Origin: a virus
Taxonomy: Duplodnaviria > Caudoviricetes
Strand: one strand, 5' to 3'
Length of the DNA: 29,950 nt
Virus record (IMG/VR): IMGVR_UViG_3300037506_000022
Location: 1-29,950 of that record
The position numbers were made by a program, and so were the translations under genes. Shown here in pieces: positions 1 to 8,814 of this stretch (its first letter is position 1; the number at the start of each line of letters is the position of its first letter). Below the pieces are notes generated by a model. The model searched no databases and was not told the origin of the DNA. It saw nothing but the letters and a program-made list of their open reading frames with translations.

Positions 1-127
1 CCAGGCTGTTTAATCAACATAGCTATTTGTAGAGGTAAATTATTGCGTGTCCATGTATAAAATGGTATAGTTCTTCGTAATACATATCTTTCAAAATCAG
101 ATAAATCTGCATAATCAAAGAAGTATT
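1..127. repeat. Terminal direct repeat copy 1 (assembly overlap of a circular contig)
   Basis: 1-127 is identical to 29824-29950, and a reading frame continues across the junction; 127 is a common assembler k-mer size. Confidence 0.95.
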
Positions 128-2180
128 TACGCACATCCCAACTAGCCGCTTCAGGTGTAAACCCTTTCGCTCTACGCTGCAAATACATAGCCAACTTACC
201 AGTGTCTTCCACAAAAGACCCAACAGCTCCAGCGACAGAATAAATTGGATTTTTAAACCCTTTCAATGTTTTATCTACATCTGCATTAACCCATCCTACA
301 CCGCCTAAACCATTTTCAATATACTCATTCCATAACTTATATTCAGATGGAGTTAAAATCTTCTGTAAATCTTTACCTTTATTTTTTGCAACTTTAGCAG
401 TCAATTTACCTGCTTTACCATACCATGCGGGGTTATACACTCCTCCCAAATACCCTTGCCATATATTAGATATAGCATTCCTTGTATGAAATGCGGGATT
501 AACAAATGTAGCTAGCCCTTTCCAATGTCCTTGTATATTGTCGAATAATTTCCAAAACGCATTAATCTCTTTAATATCACTGAATGCTTTGTAAGTTTTA
601 TCAATATGTTCAATGATGGATGCAGGAAATATCAACCCTTTCAATTCAGGTAAAGAGCTACCTTTAAATCCTGTCGGAATCTTAGCCGTTTTGGGTATGC
701 CAACTTGCATTACTTCAGTTATAAATTGTCGTTTTGCTTTTGACTTTCCTGTCCGTTTGATTAATTCGGCTACCAATAAAGCTGTATCCTCGCTAAACTC
801 TAATTGTTTACCCGCACTTTTCAATGCCAAATTTAATTCATCGGGTAATGCTGCTACTCGCTCTACTCCACCTCTACTCATAATTTGTGTTAATTCTTCC
901 ATCGCATCCTTTGGTAGCACTAAATTTTTTTCAGTAAATAAATCAACAACATCCTCGACAGTTCGTACTGATTTATTACTTTTATTAATTCGTTGTATTG
1001 CCTGTTTTGTATTTTGCTTAACTATATTTGCTGGAAACCACCTATCGCTTATCGCAATAAATTTCTGTGGAGGCATCCCCTCCGTATTAATTGTTGTCGC
1101 AATCCTACCTTTAGGGCTGTGTACAATCTGATCTCCCAACTTAAAATATGTAGCAAATTGTTCTGATGGAGAAGCTCCGCCTAGCACACGACTACCACCT
1201 GATACCCCTTTACGTTGTTGTTGTAAAAATTCTCGACTTGCACGCACTGGTACTTGTGGCAACGCCTTACCTGCTAACTTAGGTGTATCTAATAATGAGC
1301 TATATGTTTCATGTTCTTTTTTAACCACACGCAAAATATCATCTGCTATTGCTTTAACTTGTGGAGCCAATTTAACAGTACTCCGTCCATGTCCTGCCAG
1401 TTCAGCTACATACTTTGTAATTTGTGGAATATCCGTTTTTGTAATTAATTTCTGTTTTTGTAATTTAGTAAATTGCTTATTAATAGCTCGTCCTACCTGT
1501 TCAGCTTGCATACCACCAATATTTTCTGTTGCTCTAACTCGCGAACCAATACCTTTTAATGTTCTATATTGTTGAGCAACATCTTCTATTTCACGCAATG
1601 TAGCGCCCTTGCCCGCAGATGGCGCACCTAATCGCAACGCTTTAGTAGCCATTTCGCCAACTGGAGTGGATTTAAATGCGTTTGTTGCACGGGTAATTGC
1701 TTCCATAACTGGTGTACCTTTCACTACTGTTCGTCCTCCAAATGTTAGTAATGCCGACTCTCCCAATTTACTGCGCTGTCCCAGCGTTGCAGCTACTTTG
1801 CCTGCCTTTGTTGCAGCCTTCCCTGCTTTTGTTAATGCTCCAATACCAGTATATGTTAAAGGATCTAATGCTACATCGGCTAAAAACCGTGGGATTCCTT
1901 TCAAGCCTAATGCCTCTCCCCCTGTTATCTTGCCTTTCACTGCTTCTTTGACCGTATGTTTTTTAGACAATACACCACCAATTGCATATGCGGGGATCGC
2001 GAGCGTATCTAATACATCTGATACAATACCCCCCTCAAATAATTTCTTTTTAGGTTGGACACCTATGCGTTGATTAATCAACTCTTGTAACCTAGCTTGT
2101 GATACACCGCTACCGCTAGTACTAGGTCTATATTGGTATTGTTGTGCCAATTCCTTTAGTCTTTTCTCATTAATAGCCAT
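1..2180 (-). CDS. 5' part of a large (~935 aa) internal virion/DNA ejection protein spanning the circular junction
   Basis: ATG at 2180 ([14 protein letters not shown]...); hand translation stays open to position 1 (...[14 protein letters not shown]...[25 protein letters not shown]) and is in frame with ORF 29196..29843; last gene of the podovirus-type structural block; helical, K/A/G-rich. Confidence 0.8.
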   Translation of the reverse strand, partial: [726 protein letters not shown]

Positions 2181-2182
2181 AT

Positions 2183-3787
2183 TTATATTTTAATTTTAGT
2201 AGCCCCAAATCCTAAGTTGCTTAAAGGTGAGGAACCAAAAGGCTGTATCCTCTCCATCAAACGACTACTTTTTTGCACACGAGCAGCTCTTTCTCTTGCA
2301 GCAGCAGCTTCTTGTTCTGCTGCAAATTGCTTTCCTAAATTTGCCATATACTGTTGGGTTTCAGTCCCCAACTTCAACGCATCTCCCTTTTTATATCCTA
2401 ATTTGTAAGCTGCTTCTGAATGAGTCATCCCTGGATTATTCGCAACCATTCGGTCTATTTCTTCGTAAATAGCACTATCCCCAATCTCTCGACTACCATA
2501 ACCACCTCGTCCTGCGCCACCACTCGCACCACCACCGCCATATCCACTTATTGGCTCAAGCTCACCAGTTCTAGGATTGAACTTGGCGTATTGATTTTTG
2601 CCTATTTGTTTAATCTGCAATGCGTTATCTGGCAATTCAATTAAATTCCCTGACTCGTTGTACATAGGTTGACCATCTCTATCAATTAAAAACCCGTGTT
2701 CTTGTGACGCTGCCATATCTATCGTTTCATCCACCATTGATTGTTGTAGCCTATCTAATTGTGCTACTGCTATTTGATTACCTTTTTCCATGGCCTCCAT
2801 CCTTAACTCTTCTGTTTTCTGTATTGCCTCTAAAGCAAGATCATTCTTTCTTTGTTTCAATTCTTGAATTTGTCTACTCATACCCATTAACTCCTCAGCT
2901 GATGCTCCTCGTTGTTGAGCCTCAAACCTCATAATCTCCGCTGCTTTTGCCGCTTCAATCGCTCTCACCCGTCCATCAATAGATCGTTGTACATCATCTA
3001 CTTTTTGAATTGCAGTAGTACTTCTACCAAAACCCTGAAACGATAAAACATTTCTAACATCTTTCTTTTGTTGCTCACCCATTGTAATAGCTGATTGCAC
3101 CTCTGGCTCATATGCAACATCCAAACTTTTTGCAAATCGCCCCAACTCTGACTCATCCCTTGCAGCTAATTCTTTTTCTCTTCTTAATCGTTCCTGTTCT
3201 TGAGCTTTAATTTGCCTATCATACTCTTGTTGTAATTTATTTATCGCGCCCTGATACCCACCCGCTGGGTCTTGTGAACGCTGATACATCATCTTATCCG
3301 CTAAATAATCTCTAGCCGTTGACAACTCATCGCTAGTCAAAGAAGGATCACCAACTTCTAACCGAAAAGTTAATCTCTCTTTGAGTGGATCAGCCTGAAA
3401 TGTAGTCACGCCCAACTCCTGTACTTTTGGTGTTGTTGCAAACTGCTTACTCCTAAAAGCTGTTGGTGTTAAAGCTTGCGGTTGTGTTATTGCACTTTTT
3501 GATTTAACAAATCCTAACCCTGGTACATTAGTTCCTTCACTTGTTGTAGTAATCGGAAAATCATGCAATCCAGATGACATTGTTTTTGTCCTCATTGTTG
3601 TATCTGGCTGTTTCGTTGGCATAACCTGATACCTGCTTGTTGTTGGTGATAAAGTTCTGCCTGCTGCATTTGTCACTGATTGCCCAGCTTGCGGTGCAGA
3701 AGTTGCAACCATCTTTCCCGATGTAGGACTCTTGGTGTAATATTGCGTGCCTATCTTTACAACCGAACCAGTTGAGTTTGTTGCCAT
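2183..3787 (-). CDS. Putative internal virion/ejection (pilot-like) protein, 534 aa
   Basis: Low-complexity T/S N-terminus, long Q/E/A coiled-coil region and Gly-rich patch; lies between tail genes and the large ejection protein. Confidence 0.6.
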   Translation of the reverse strand: MATNSTGSVVKIGTQYYTKSPTSGKMVATSAPQAGQSVTNAAGRTLSPTTSRYQVMPTKQPDTTMRTKTMSSGLHDFPITTTSEGTNVPGLGFVKSKSAITQPQALTPTAFRSKQFATTPKVQELGVTTFQADPLKERLTFRLEVGDPSLTSDELSTARDYLADKMMYQRSQDPAGGYQGAINKLQQEYDRQIKAQEQERLRREKELAARDESELGRFAKSLDVAYEPEVQSAITMGEQQKKDVRNVLSFQGFGRSTTAIQKVDDVQRSIDGRVRAIEAAKAAEIMRFEAQQRGASAEELMGMSRQIQELKQRKNDLALEAIQKTEELRMEAMEKGNQIAVAQLDRLQQSMVDETIDMAASQEHGFLIDRDGQPMYNESGNLIELPDNALQIKQIGKNQYAKFNPRTGELEPISGYGGGGASGGAGRGGYGSREIGDSAIYEEIDRMVANNPGMTHSEAAYKLGYKKGDALKLGTETQQYMANLGKQFAAEQEAAAARERAARVQKSSRLMERIQPFGSSPLSNLGFGATKIKI

Positions 3788-3799
3788 AACGGTAAATTG

Positions 3800-5620
3800 T
3801 TAATTGTAATATTCAGTCACTATTATCACGCCATCAGCTCCATCAGCTCCGTCATTTGATGAGCCACCATTAGGAGTGCTTGCCCCACCTGCACCACCTC
3901 CATATAATTGTCCTGGTGATCCGTCATGGCTACTACCTTCCGTATTGCCACCAAAACCTAATACCGACGCCCCCCCCATTTCACCTCTAGTAATCCCCTC
4001 ACTACCACTATAACTCTCCTCCGCATTATGTCCATTGCCACCTTGTACATTTATATCTCCACCACTCGCTGTCCCTCCTGCACCACCAGCATCGGTAGAA
4101 CTGTGGACACCACCATTTGCAACACAATGCGAACCAAATCGAGATGAGGTACCCGCCCCAGTCCGTACTATATTTATACTATTATAAGTACCCCCTGCAC
4201 CTATATTAATCATTTCTGTTGTGCCAACTGAAGTTGCTCCAATTAATTTTTTAGAATACCCGCCTCCTCCACCACCACCTGAACCAGAATTATCTGTCCC
4301 CGACTCGTCACTAGCACCACCACCGCCAACAACTTCTACCTCAATATATGTTATGCCTGCTGGCTTTGTGTATAATGTACCTTTTTGTATATATCCCAAT
4401 AACCCAATAGTAACATTGGATTCCGCTACTCCACTTGCATTTGTAACGTCAAAAAAGTTTGCACCTACCCCCGTTACAACAAATAAACCATTATTATTAC
4501 TATTAAAACTTGTAGATCGTATATCCATAATATCATTCACTGCAATTGTACCACCATTAATATTCGGATCAGTTCCTGTGCCATCCCATGTGTACCGATA
4601 AGTTGAACCAACAACATTAGTTATATCAAATTGAGTTGTCGTATCACCAAACCTTGTACCAGGTGTATCAAATATTTGTCGGGTTGGTATAGTACTGCCA
4701 GGCAATGTAACCACTTGGAATTGTGTACCATCATACCACATTGTGACAATTTGATTCGCTACCAATGAACCTGTTGCAATAGCTGACAATGAGCGTGCAT
4801 CGAATATATTTTTCGCTCCAAGTCCATTCACATTTATAGTTGGGTTTGCACCACTTGTTATGTGTAATTTCATTGTAAAACTTTGACCTGCTACATAAGC
4901 CGTAGGTGCTGGTGTTAAAGTCAAAGTATATTCAGTTGATGTGCCTCCTGTTGTTGCATATGTTTGTGGATTATTCTGATTAATCACCGCTATATTAGAC
5001 GGCACAACAGATAAAAACGCACCTGTTCCGCCTGTATCAGTTCCAGCGGTTGCTTCCGCTTGTGTTGCAATTTCGACTTTACCTGCCACTGTTGGCGAAG
5101 CGTTTGGCGTTGACGTACCTACACCTAAATCATTCCATATTCCACCTGAATAATATTGCAATACACCACCCGTTGTCACAATCTGCCCTGTTTGTGGCGA
5201 TGTAACAGCTGCATCTCGCGCAGCAGCGTTAACATATACTGCACCGCTACCATCTAACGTTGGCGTTCCTGATGCCTTACTATTAATCGCATCGGCAATA
5301 TCACTAAATACTTTAAAGTTGTGTGTAATAATAACTTTCGCCCCTGCCGTATGGGTAATACCAGTCCCACTTGTACCCCCTGCTTTTATTTGCACACCAC
5401 GATTTACAATCGTTACCGTATTACCACTAATCGCTGAAATTTCTACCAATTCATATTTACTTGGTCTATCATAATCAATACCCATATAAGCAGTATTGCC
5501 ACCACTCAATGTAGCTGTAATCGCCTTCACCACTACAGCAGATAAATCTGTAGCACCTAAATCACTTTGTAGCGTACTCTCGTATAAGTCTTCTAACGGA
5601 ATTGTAGTAAACTCACTCAT
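3800..5620 (-). CDS. Tail fibre/receptor-binding protein with C-terminal glycine-rich domain, 606 aa
   Basis: N-terminal attachment motif (ELVEI..ISGNTVTIVNRG...HTAGAKV), fibre repeat ASPTVAGKVEIATQAE, motif PTINVNGLGAKNI, Gly-rich C-terminus YTKPAGITYIEVEVVGGGG...GADGVIIVTEY. Confidence 0.8.
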   Translation of the reverse strand: MSEFTTIPLEDLYESTLQSDLGATDLSAVVVKAITATLSGGNTAYMGIDYDRPSKYELVEISAISGNTVTIVNRGVQIKAGGTSGTGITHTAGAKVIITHNFKVFSDIADAINSKASGTPTLDGSGAVYVNAAARDAAVTSPQTGQIVTTGGVLQYYSGGIWNDLGVGTSTPNASPTVAGKVEIATQAEATAGTDTGGTGAFLSVVPSNIAVINQNNPQTYATTGGTSTEYTLTLTPAPTAYVAGQSFTMKLHITSGANPTINVNGLGAKNIFDARSLSAIATGSLVANQIVTMWYDGTQFQVVTLPGSTIPTRQIFDTPGTRFGDTTTQFDITNVVGSTYRYTWDGTGTDPNINGGTIAVNDIMDIRSTSFNSNNNGLFVVTGVGANFFDVTNASGVAESNVTIGLLGYIQKGTLYTKPAGITYIEVEVVGGGGASDESGTDNSGSGGGGGGGYSKKLIGATSVGTTEMINIGAGGTYNSINIVRTGAGTSSRFGSHCVANGGVHSSTDAGGAGGTASGGDINVQGGNGHNAEESYSGSEGITRGEMGGASVLGFGGNTEGSSHDGSPGQLYGGGAGGASTPNGGSSNDGADGADGVIIVTEYYN

Positions 5621-7632
5621 GCTATATATGCGTTAGGGAATAATTCTCGTGGCCATACATCCATATCTACACTCCATTTTGTAAACACTGCCACTGTATT
5701 GGGATAATCTGTAAAAACATTGATTGCAATATTATTTTCTGTTTGTTCTACAGGAACACGGATTACAAAAGGAAACAGGGTAATTGATGCTTCCCCGCCT
5801 CCAAGTGGTGAACCGCCCAACAATGAGCCACCTAACACCTGACTTGTTGTTAGTATATTAGCAGAATATGTTGAACCTTGCAAGACCGCATCAGCTGTTA
5901 CCGTTGTCTCTCCAAGTGTTGAACTGAAAGTTAATTGTCCTCCTTCATTAATAAAACCAAAAAACTCGTAATTATGAAATACTTTGTATTCTTCTGGTGT
6001 TCCAAAGTCTGCTGTTTTAGTTTCAATCTCAAACAAAATCTCTGCTCCTTGATCATTTGTACCATATTCCATTTGAATCATTTGGCCATTCAAAGAACTT
6101 GCAATTAATAAAGCGTCTGACTCCTCAAGATCATCATAAGTAAAATCTGGATATACTACCGCCTCATTAGCAGATATTCCCTGATATTGTGTCCATGCTT
6201 GTGTTAGTACTGACCATACTAACACTGTATCATTTACACCATCCCCACTTGTATCAACAAATAAATAATAATTATTGAGCTTGTTCACATATATGCCAGC
6301 CGTCACCGACTTGTCTAATATTGCATTAATAAGGGGCTGTATATCATTTGTTTTTGCATCCGCTCGTAAACTACCAACGGTAGCTTGCCGTTGTGCTAAA
6401 TCAAAAACACCTTTCTCATTCAAGAAATACACCGAATTTTCCACTCTAACAAGTGAACGATGAGACGCTGCACCATCAGAATAATCTAATTGTTCTAAAC
6501 TTGGAGCCGTAATATTTAACTGGTATATCTTCCGCTCCTTTGTCACAATTACTAGTGGGCCTAAATTAATAAGACCTGTTATCGAACCCGATGAATCATC
6601 TTGATCAGCTACTACTACATTCGGGAAAGTATTTAAATCAGTTGGTGTACCATTTGTGTAGGCAACTGAGGTAGGTACATTTGGGTCTGTGATATACCCA
6701 ATATCATTTGCCAACAACATAAACGGCCCACGGTAAGTATCTGCTCCTGTGTGTTCTGTGATCGCAGTCCCATCAAATGAAAAGTAATTATCTGTACCAT
6801 TCCCAAAATACATAACATTCTTATACGCCATAAAACCAAAGCGTAATCCCTCTGTTAATCCACTTTTTAACAATTCCCATCCAGTAGGATGATATAAATA
6901 AAACCCAGTACCAACATTAGAAAATAAATAGTCAATAGCTGGTACAGTAGTCGTCCTAAAAAATTTCAATGACATCATCGGCTTATTACTTGTTGCACTA
7001 TATGTATTTATTGCATCAATTCTAATACCAGTCTTATCTAAATATGCACTTGTATAATTAATTTGTAGGCGTACATAATCCATTGCTGTATCTACTGGCG
7101 TACCGATTGTTGTTGCATCACTATAATTCAGTTTAATATAATTCCAATCATTCTCTGTCAAACTTGCCAATGTCCATTCATAATAATTAGTCGAATCAGA
7201 ACCATACCTAAAAACTACATTGGTTAAATTAGAGTTAAATCCTGTGGGTACAAAAAGCCAAAAGGTGAGATACCCTTTTAAATTTGTAATATCCAAAGAA
7301 CCAATCGCCCCTTCTAATATTGCCGTGTCATTCGCGCTAGCAGATACATCTATGTCAAATTGTACAGAAAATGTACCACGTTTCGCCGTACCCGTGCTTA
7401 AGTTGATTGCATCATCTGCTACTGTAAAACCAGTAGTATCATTACAATCATCTACAATAGACGCATTATCTGGTATAGGTTCACCAACCGCTCTCGTTCC
7501 GCCTCGTGTTCTTAAGTTTTTATCTTGATCATAAAATACATTGGTTGCAATCGCCAACTGATTATCTTTAATAATCGACTTCTCTCGTTTACTTAGCCCA
7601 CCCGATAAATCTCTAGCTCTAACTATTACCAT
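5617..7632 (-). CDS. Tail nozzle/DNA-stabilisation protein (P22 gp10/T7 gp12-like beta-propeller), 671 aa
   Basis: Starts DLSGGL...ATNV...LRTRGG, beta-rich repeats (VENSVYFLNEKGVF, VLVWSVLTQAWTQY, IETKTADFG); follows the adaptor gene. Confidence 0.75.
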   Translation of the reverse strand: MVIVRARDLSGGLSKREKSIIKDNQLAIATNVFYDQDKNLRTRGGTRAVGEPIPDNASIVDDCNDTTGFTVADDAINLSTGTAKRGTFSVQFDIDVSASANDTAILEGAIGSLDITNLKGYLTFWLFVPTGFNSNLTNVVFRYGSDSTNYYEWTLASLTENDWNYIKLNYSDATTIGTPVDTAMDYVRLQINYTSAYLDKTGIRIDAINTYSATSNKPMMSLKFFRTTTVPAIDYLFSNVGTGFYLYHPTGWELLKSGLTEGLRFGFMAYKNVMYFGNGTDNYFSFDGTAITEHTGADTYRGPFMLLANDIGYITDPNVPTSVAYTNGTPTDLNTFPNVVVADQDDSSGSITGLINLGPLVIVTKERKIYQLNITAPSLEQLDYSDGAASHRSLVRVENSVYFLNEKGVFDLAQRQATVGSLRADAKTNDIQPLINAILDKSVTAGIYVNKLNNYYLFVDTSGDGVNDTVLVWSVLTQAWTQYQGISANEAVVYPDFTYDDLEESDALLIASSLNGQMIQMEYGTNDQGAEILFEIETKTADFGTPEEYKVFHNYEFFGFINEGGQLTFSSTLGETTVTADAVLQGSTYSANILTTSQVLGGSLLGGSPLGGGEASITLFPFVIRVPVEQTENNIAINVFTDYPNTVAVFTKWSVDMDVWPRELFPNAYIA

Positions 7633-8270
7633 GCTGAAGGGATTATTGACTCAATACCCCATGCAAAATTAGCTTCGTCTCGCCGTCCTAAATATTGAGC
7701 ATACAATCCCTGCATAGTTAGCCGATATTTCTCAAGTGCTTGTGTTGTTTTTGGGTTTGGACTTAAATCGTTCCAGCATAAATATTCAGTATAACTTTGA
7801 ATTGCCTCATCAAACGCTGTTGGCATACCACTATCATCAGAATCATTTGTCATATCTGGAAGTGCTTGCCTATATAAAAATGACATTGTTTTAATAGAAG
7901 TAGGCAATGGAAGAATACCAAACTCATTGCCACGCAAATAATAAATGCCAGGATTACCTGATTGTGTTAAGTCATACTGATCAAATACCACTCTATAATC
8001 ACGCACACTTAACATCATATTATCATACTTAATACCGTTCAATTCCATACGCACAAAATCATCGGGTAAATCATACTCGCCCTGCCCGATTACGCTTGAT
8101 CCTGTATACAATCCATCGTTGAACGGCCAGTCGAACGAACCATCTTGTTGTATAGTGCGTACTGCCTCACGAATATTGCGGTCAATAACATTATCTGACC
8201 ACACCCTACCGTTAGGATCAGTTTTCAATTCTTGCCTTACATTACTTCTTAAAGATGAAAGTTGTGTCAT
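7626..8270 (-). CDS. Head-tail adaptor protein, 214 aa
   Basis: N-terminal helices (LSSLRSNVRQEL...IDRNIREA), YDLPDDF and GNPGIYY...GILPLP motifs typical of podovirus adaptors; directly before the nozzle. Confidence 0.75.
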   Translation of the reverse strand: MTQLSSLRSNVRQELKTDPNGRVWSDNVIDRNIREAVRTIQQDGSFDWPFNDGLYTGSSVIGQGEYDLPDDFVRMELNGIKYDNMMLSVRDYRVVFDQYDLTQSGNPGIYYLRGNEFGILPLPTSIKTMSFLYRQALPDMTNDSDDSGMPTAFDEAIQSYTEYLCWNDLSPNPKTTQALEKYRLTMQGLYAQYLGRRDEANFAWGIESIIPSAW

Positions 8271-8386
8271 ATATTGTGGTCAAAATCACCTGAATATAAT
8301 GCAGCATAATTAGGTTTCAACTCCTTATTACGCTTTTGGTTAGGTATTGTTTTTGTCCGCTTTAATGGTTTGCGTTTCTTTATCAT
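8267..8386 (-). CDS. Small basic protein, 39 aa (MIKKRKPLKRTKTIPNQKRNKELKPNYAALYSGDFDHNI)
   Basis: Hand-translated; fills the intergenic gap and its TGA overlaps the adaptor ATG (ATGA coupling). Confidence 0.5.
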   Translation of the reverse strand: MIKKRKPLKRTKTIPNQKRNKELKPNYAALYSGDFDHNI

Positions 8387-8405
8387 AACAATTAATCATT
8401 ATAAA

Positions 8406-8570
8406 TTATTTACCCCGAGCAGCCAACTTTTTAAACCTGGCTTTACCATATTTCTTGCGACCAATCCACGCTGCTAGGGCTTTAGGATTTTCAGTCCCAC
8501 GCTTTGCTAGGATAGCAGTTAATTGTTTGAAACGAGCACCAGTCCCTAGCTTCCCTTTTGGTTTATACAT
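8406..8570 (-). CDS. Small highly basic phage protein, 54 aa (MYKPKGKLGTGARFKQL...ALAAWIGRKKYG)
   Basis: Restarted at ATG 8570 rather than 8675 to avoid a 100-nt overlap; LGxGxRF...ALAAWIGRKKYG resembles small basic proteins of uncultured phage structural regions. Confidence 0.65.
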   Translation of the reverse strand: MYKPKGKLGTGARFKQLTAILAKRGTENPKALAAWIGRKKYGKARFKKLAARGK

Positions 8571-8575
8571 ATAAA

Positions 8576-8803
8576 TTAAGTTAATAAAATTTTGATAAAC
8601 TGTAACCCTTCTGCCCCAAGTCCACCCCCTACAAAACCAGTACAAAACATTACAACTACCACTTTCCAATGCCACATACTTTGTTTCACCATCTCGTTAC
8701 GGAAACTATCTAAACTTTTTTCTATGACCACTAGCCGTTGTGCAATATCAATGATAGCTTGATTCAATTCTCCTAACTTGTAATCATGCGAACCATTAAC
8801 CAT
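8576..8803 (-). CDS. Coiled-coil plus single C-terminal TM protein (XhlA/holin-like), 75 aa
   Basis: Heptad N-terminus followed by hydrophobic WKVVVVMFCTGFVGGGLG. Confidence 0.55.
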   Translation of the reverse strand: MVNGSHDYKLGELNQAIIDIAQRLVVIEKSLDSFRNEMVKQSMWHWKVVVVMFCTGFVGGGLGAEGLQFIKILLT

Positions 8804-8814
8804 GAATATATATG

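Noticed and set aside
1-127. Biological terminal repeat of the virion DNA
   Set aside because: It lies mid-gene and its 127-nt length matches an assembler k-mer overlap
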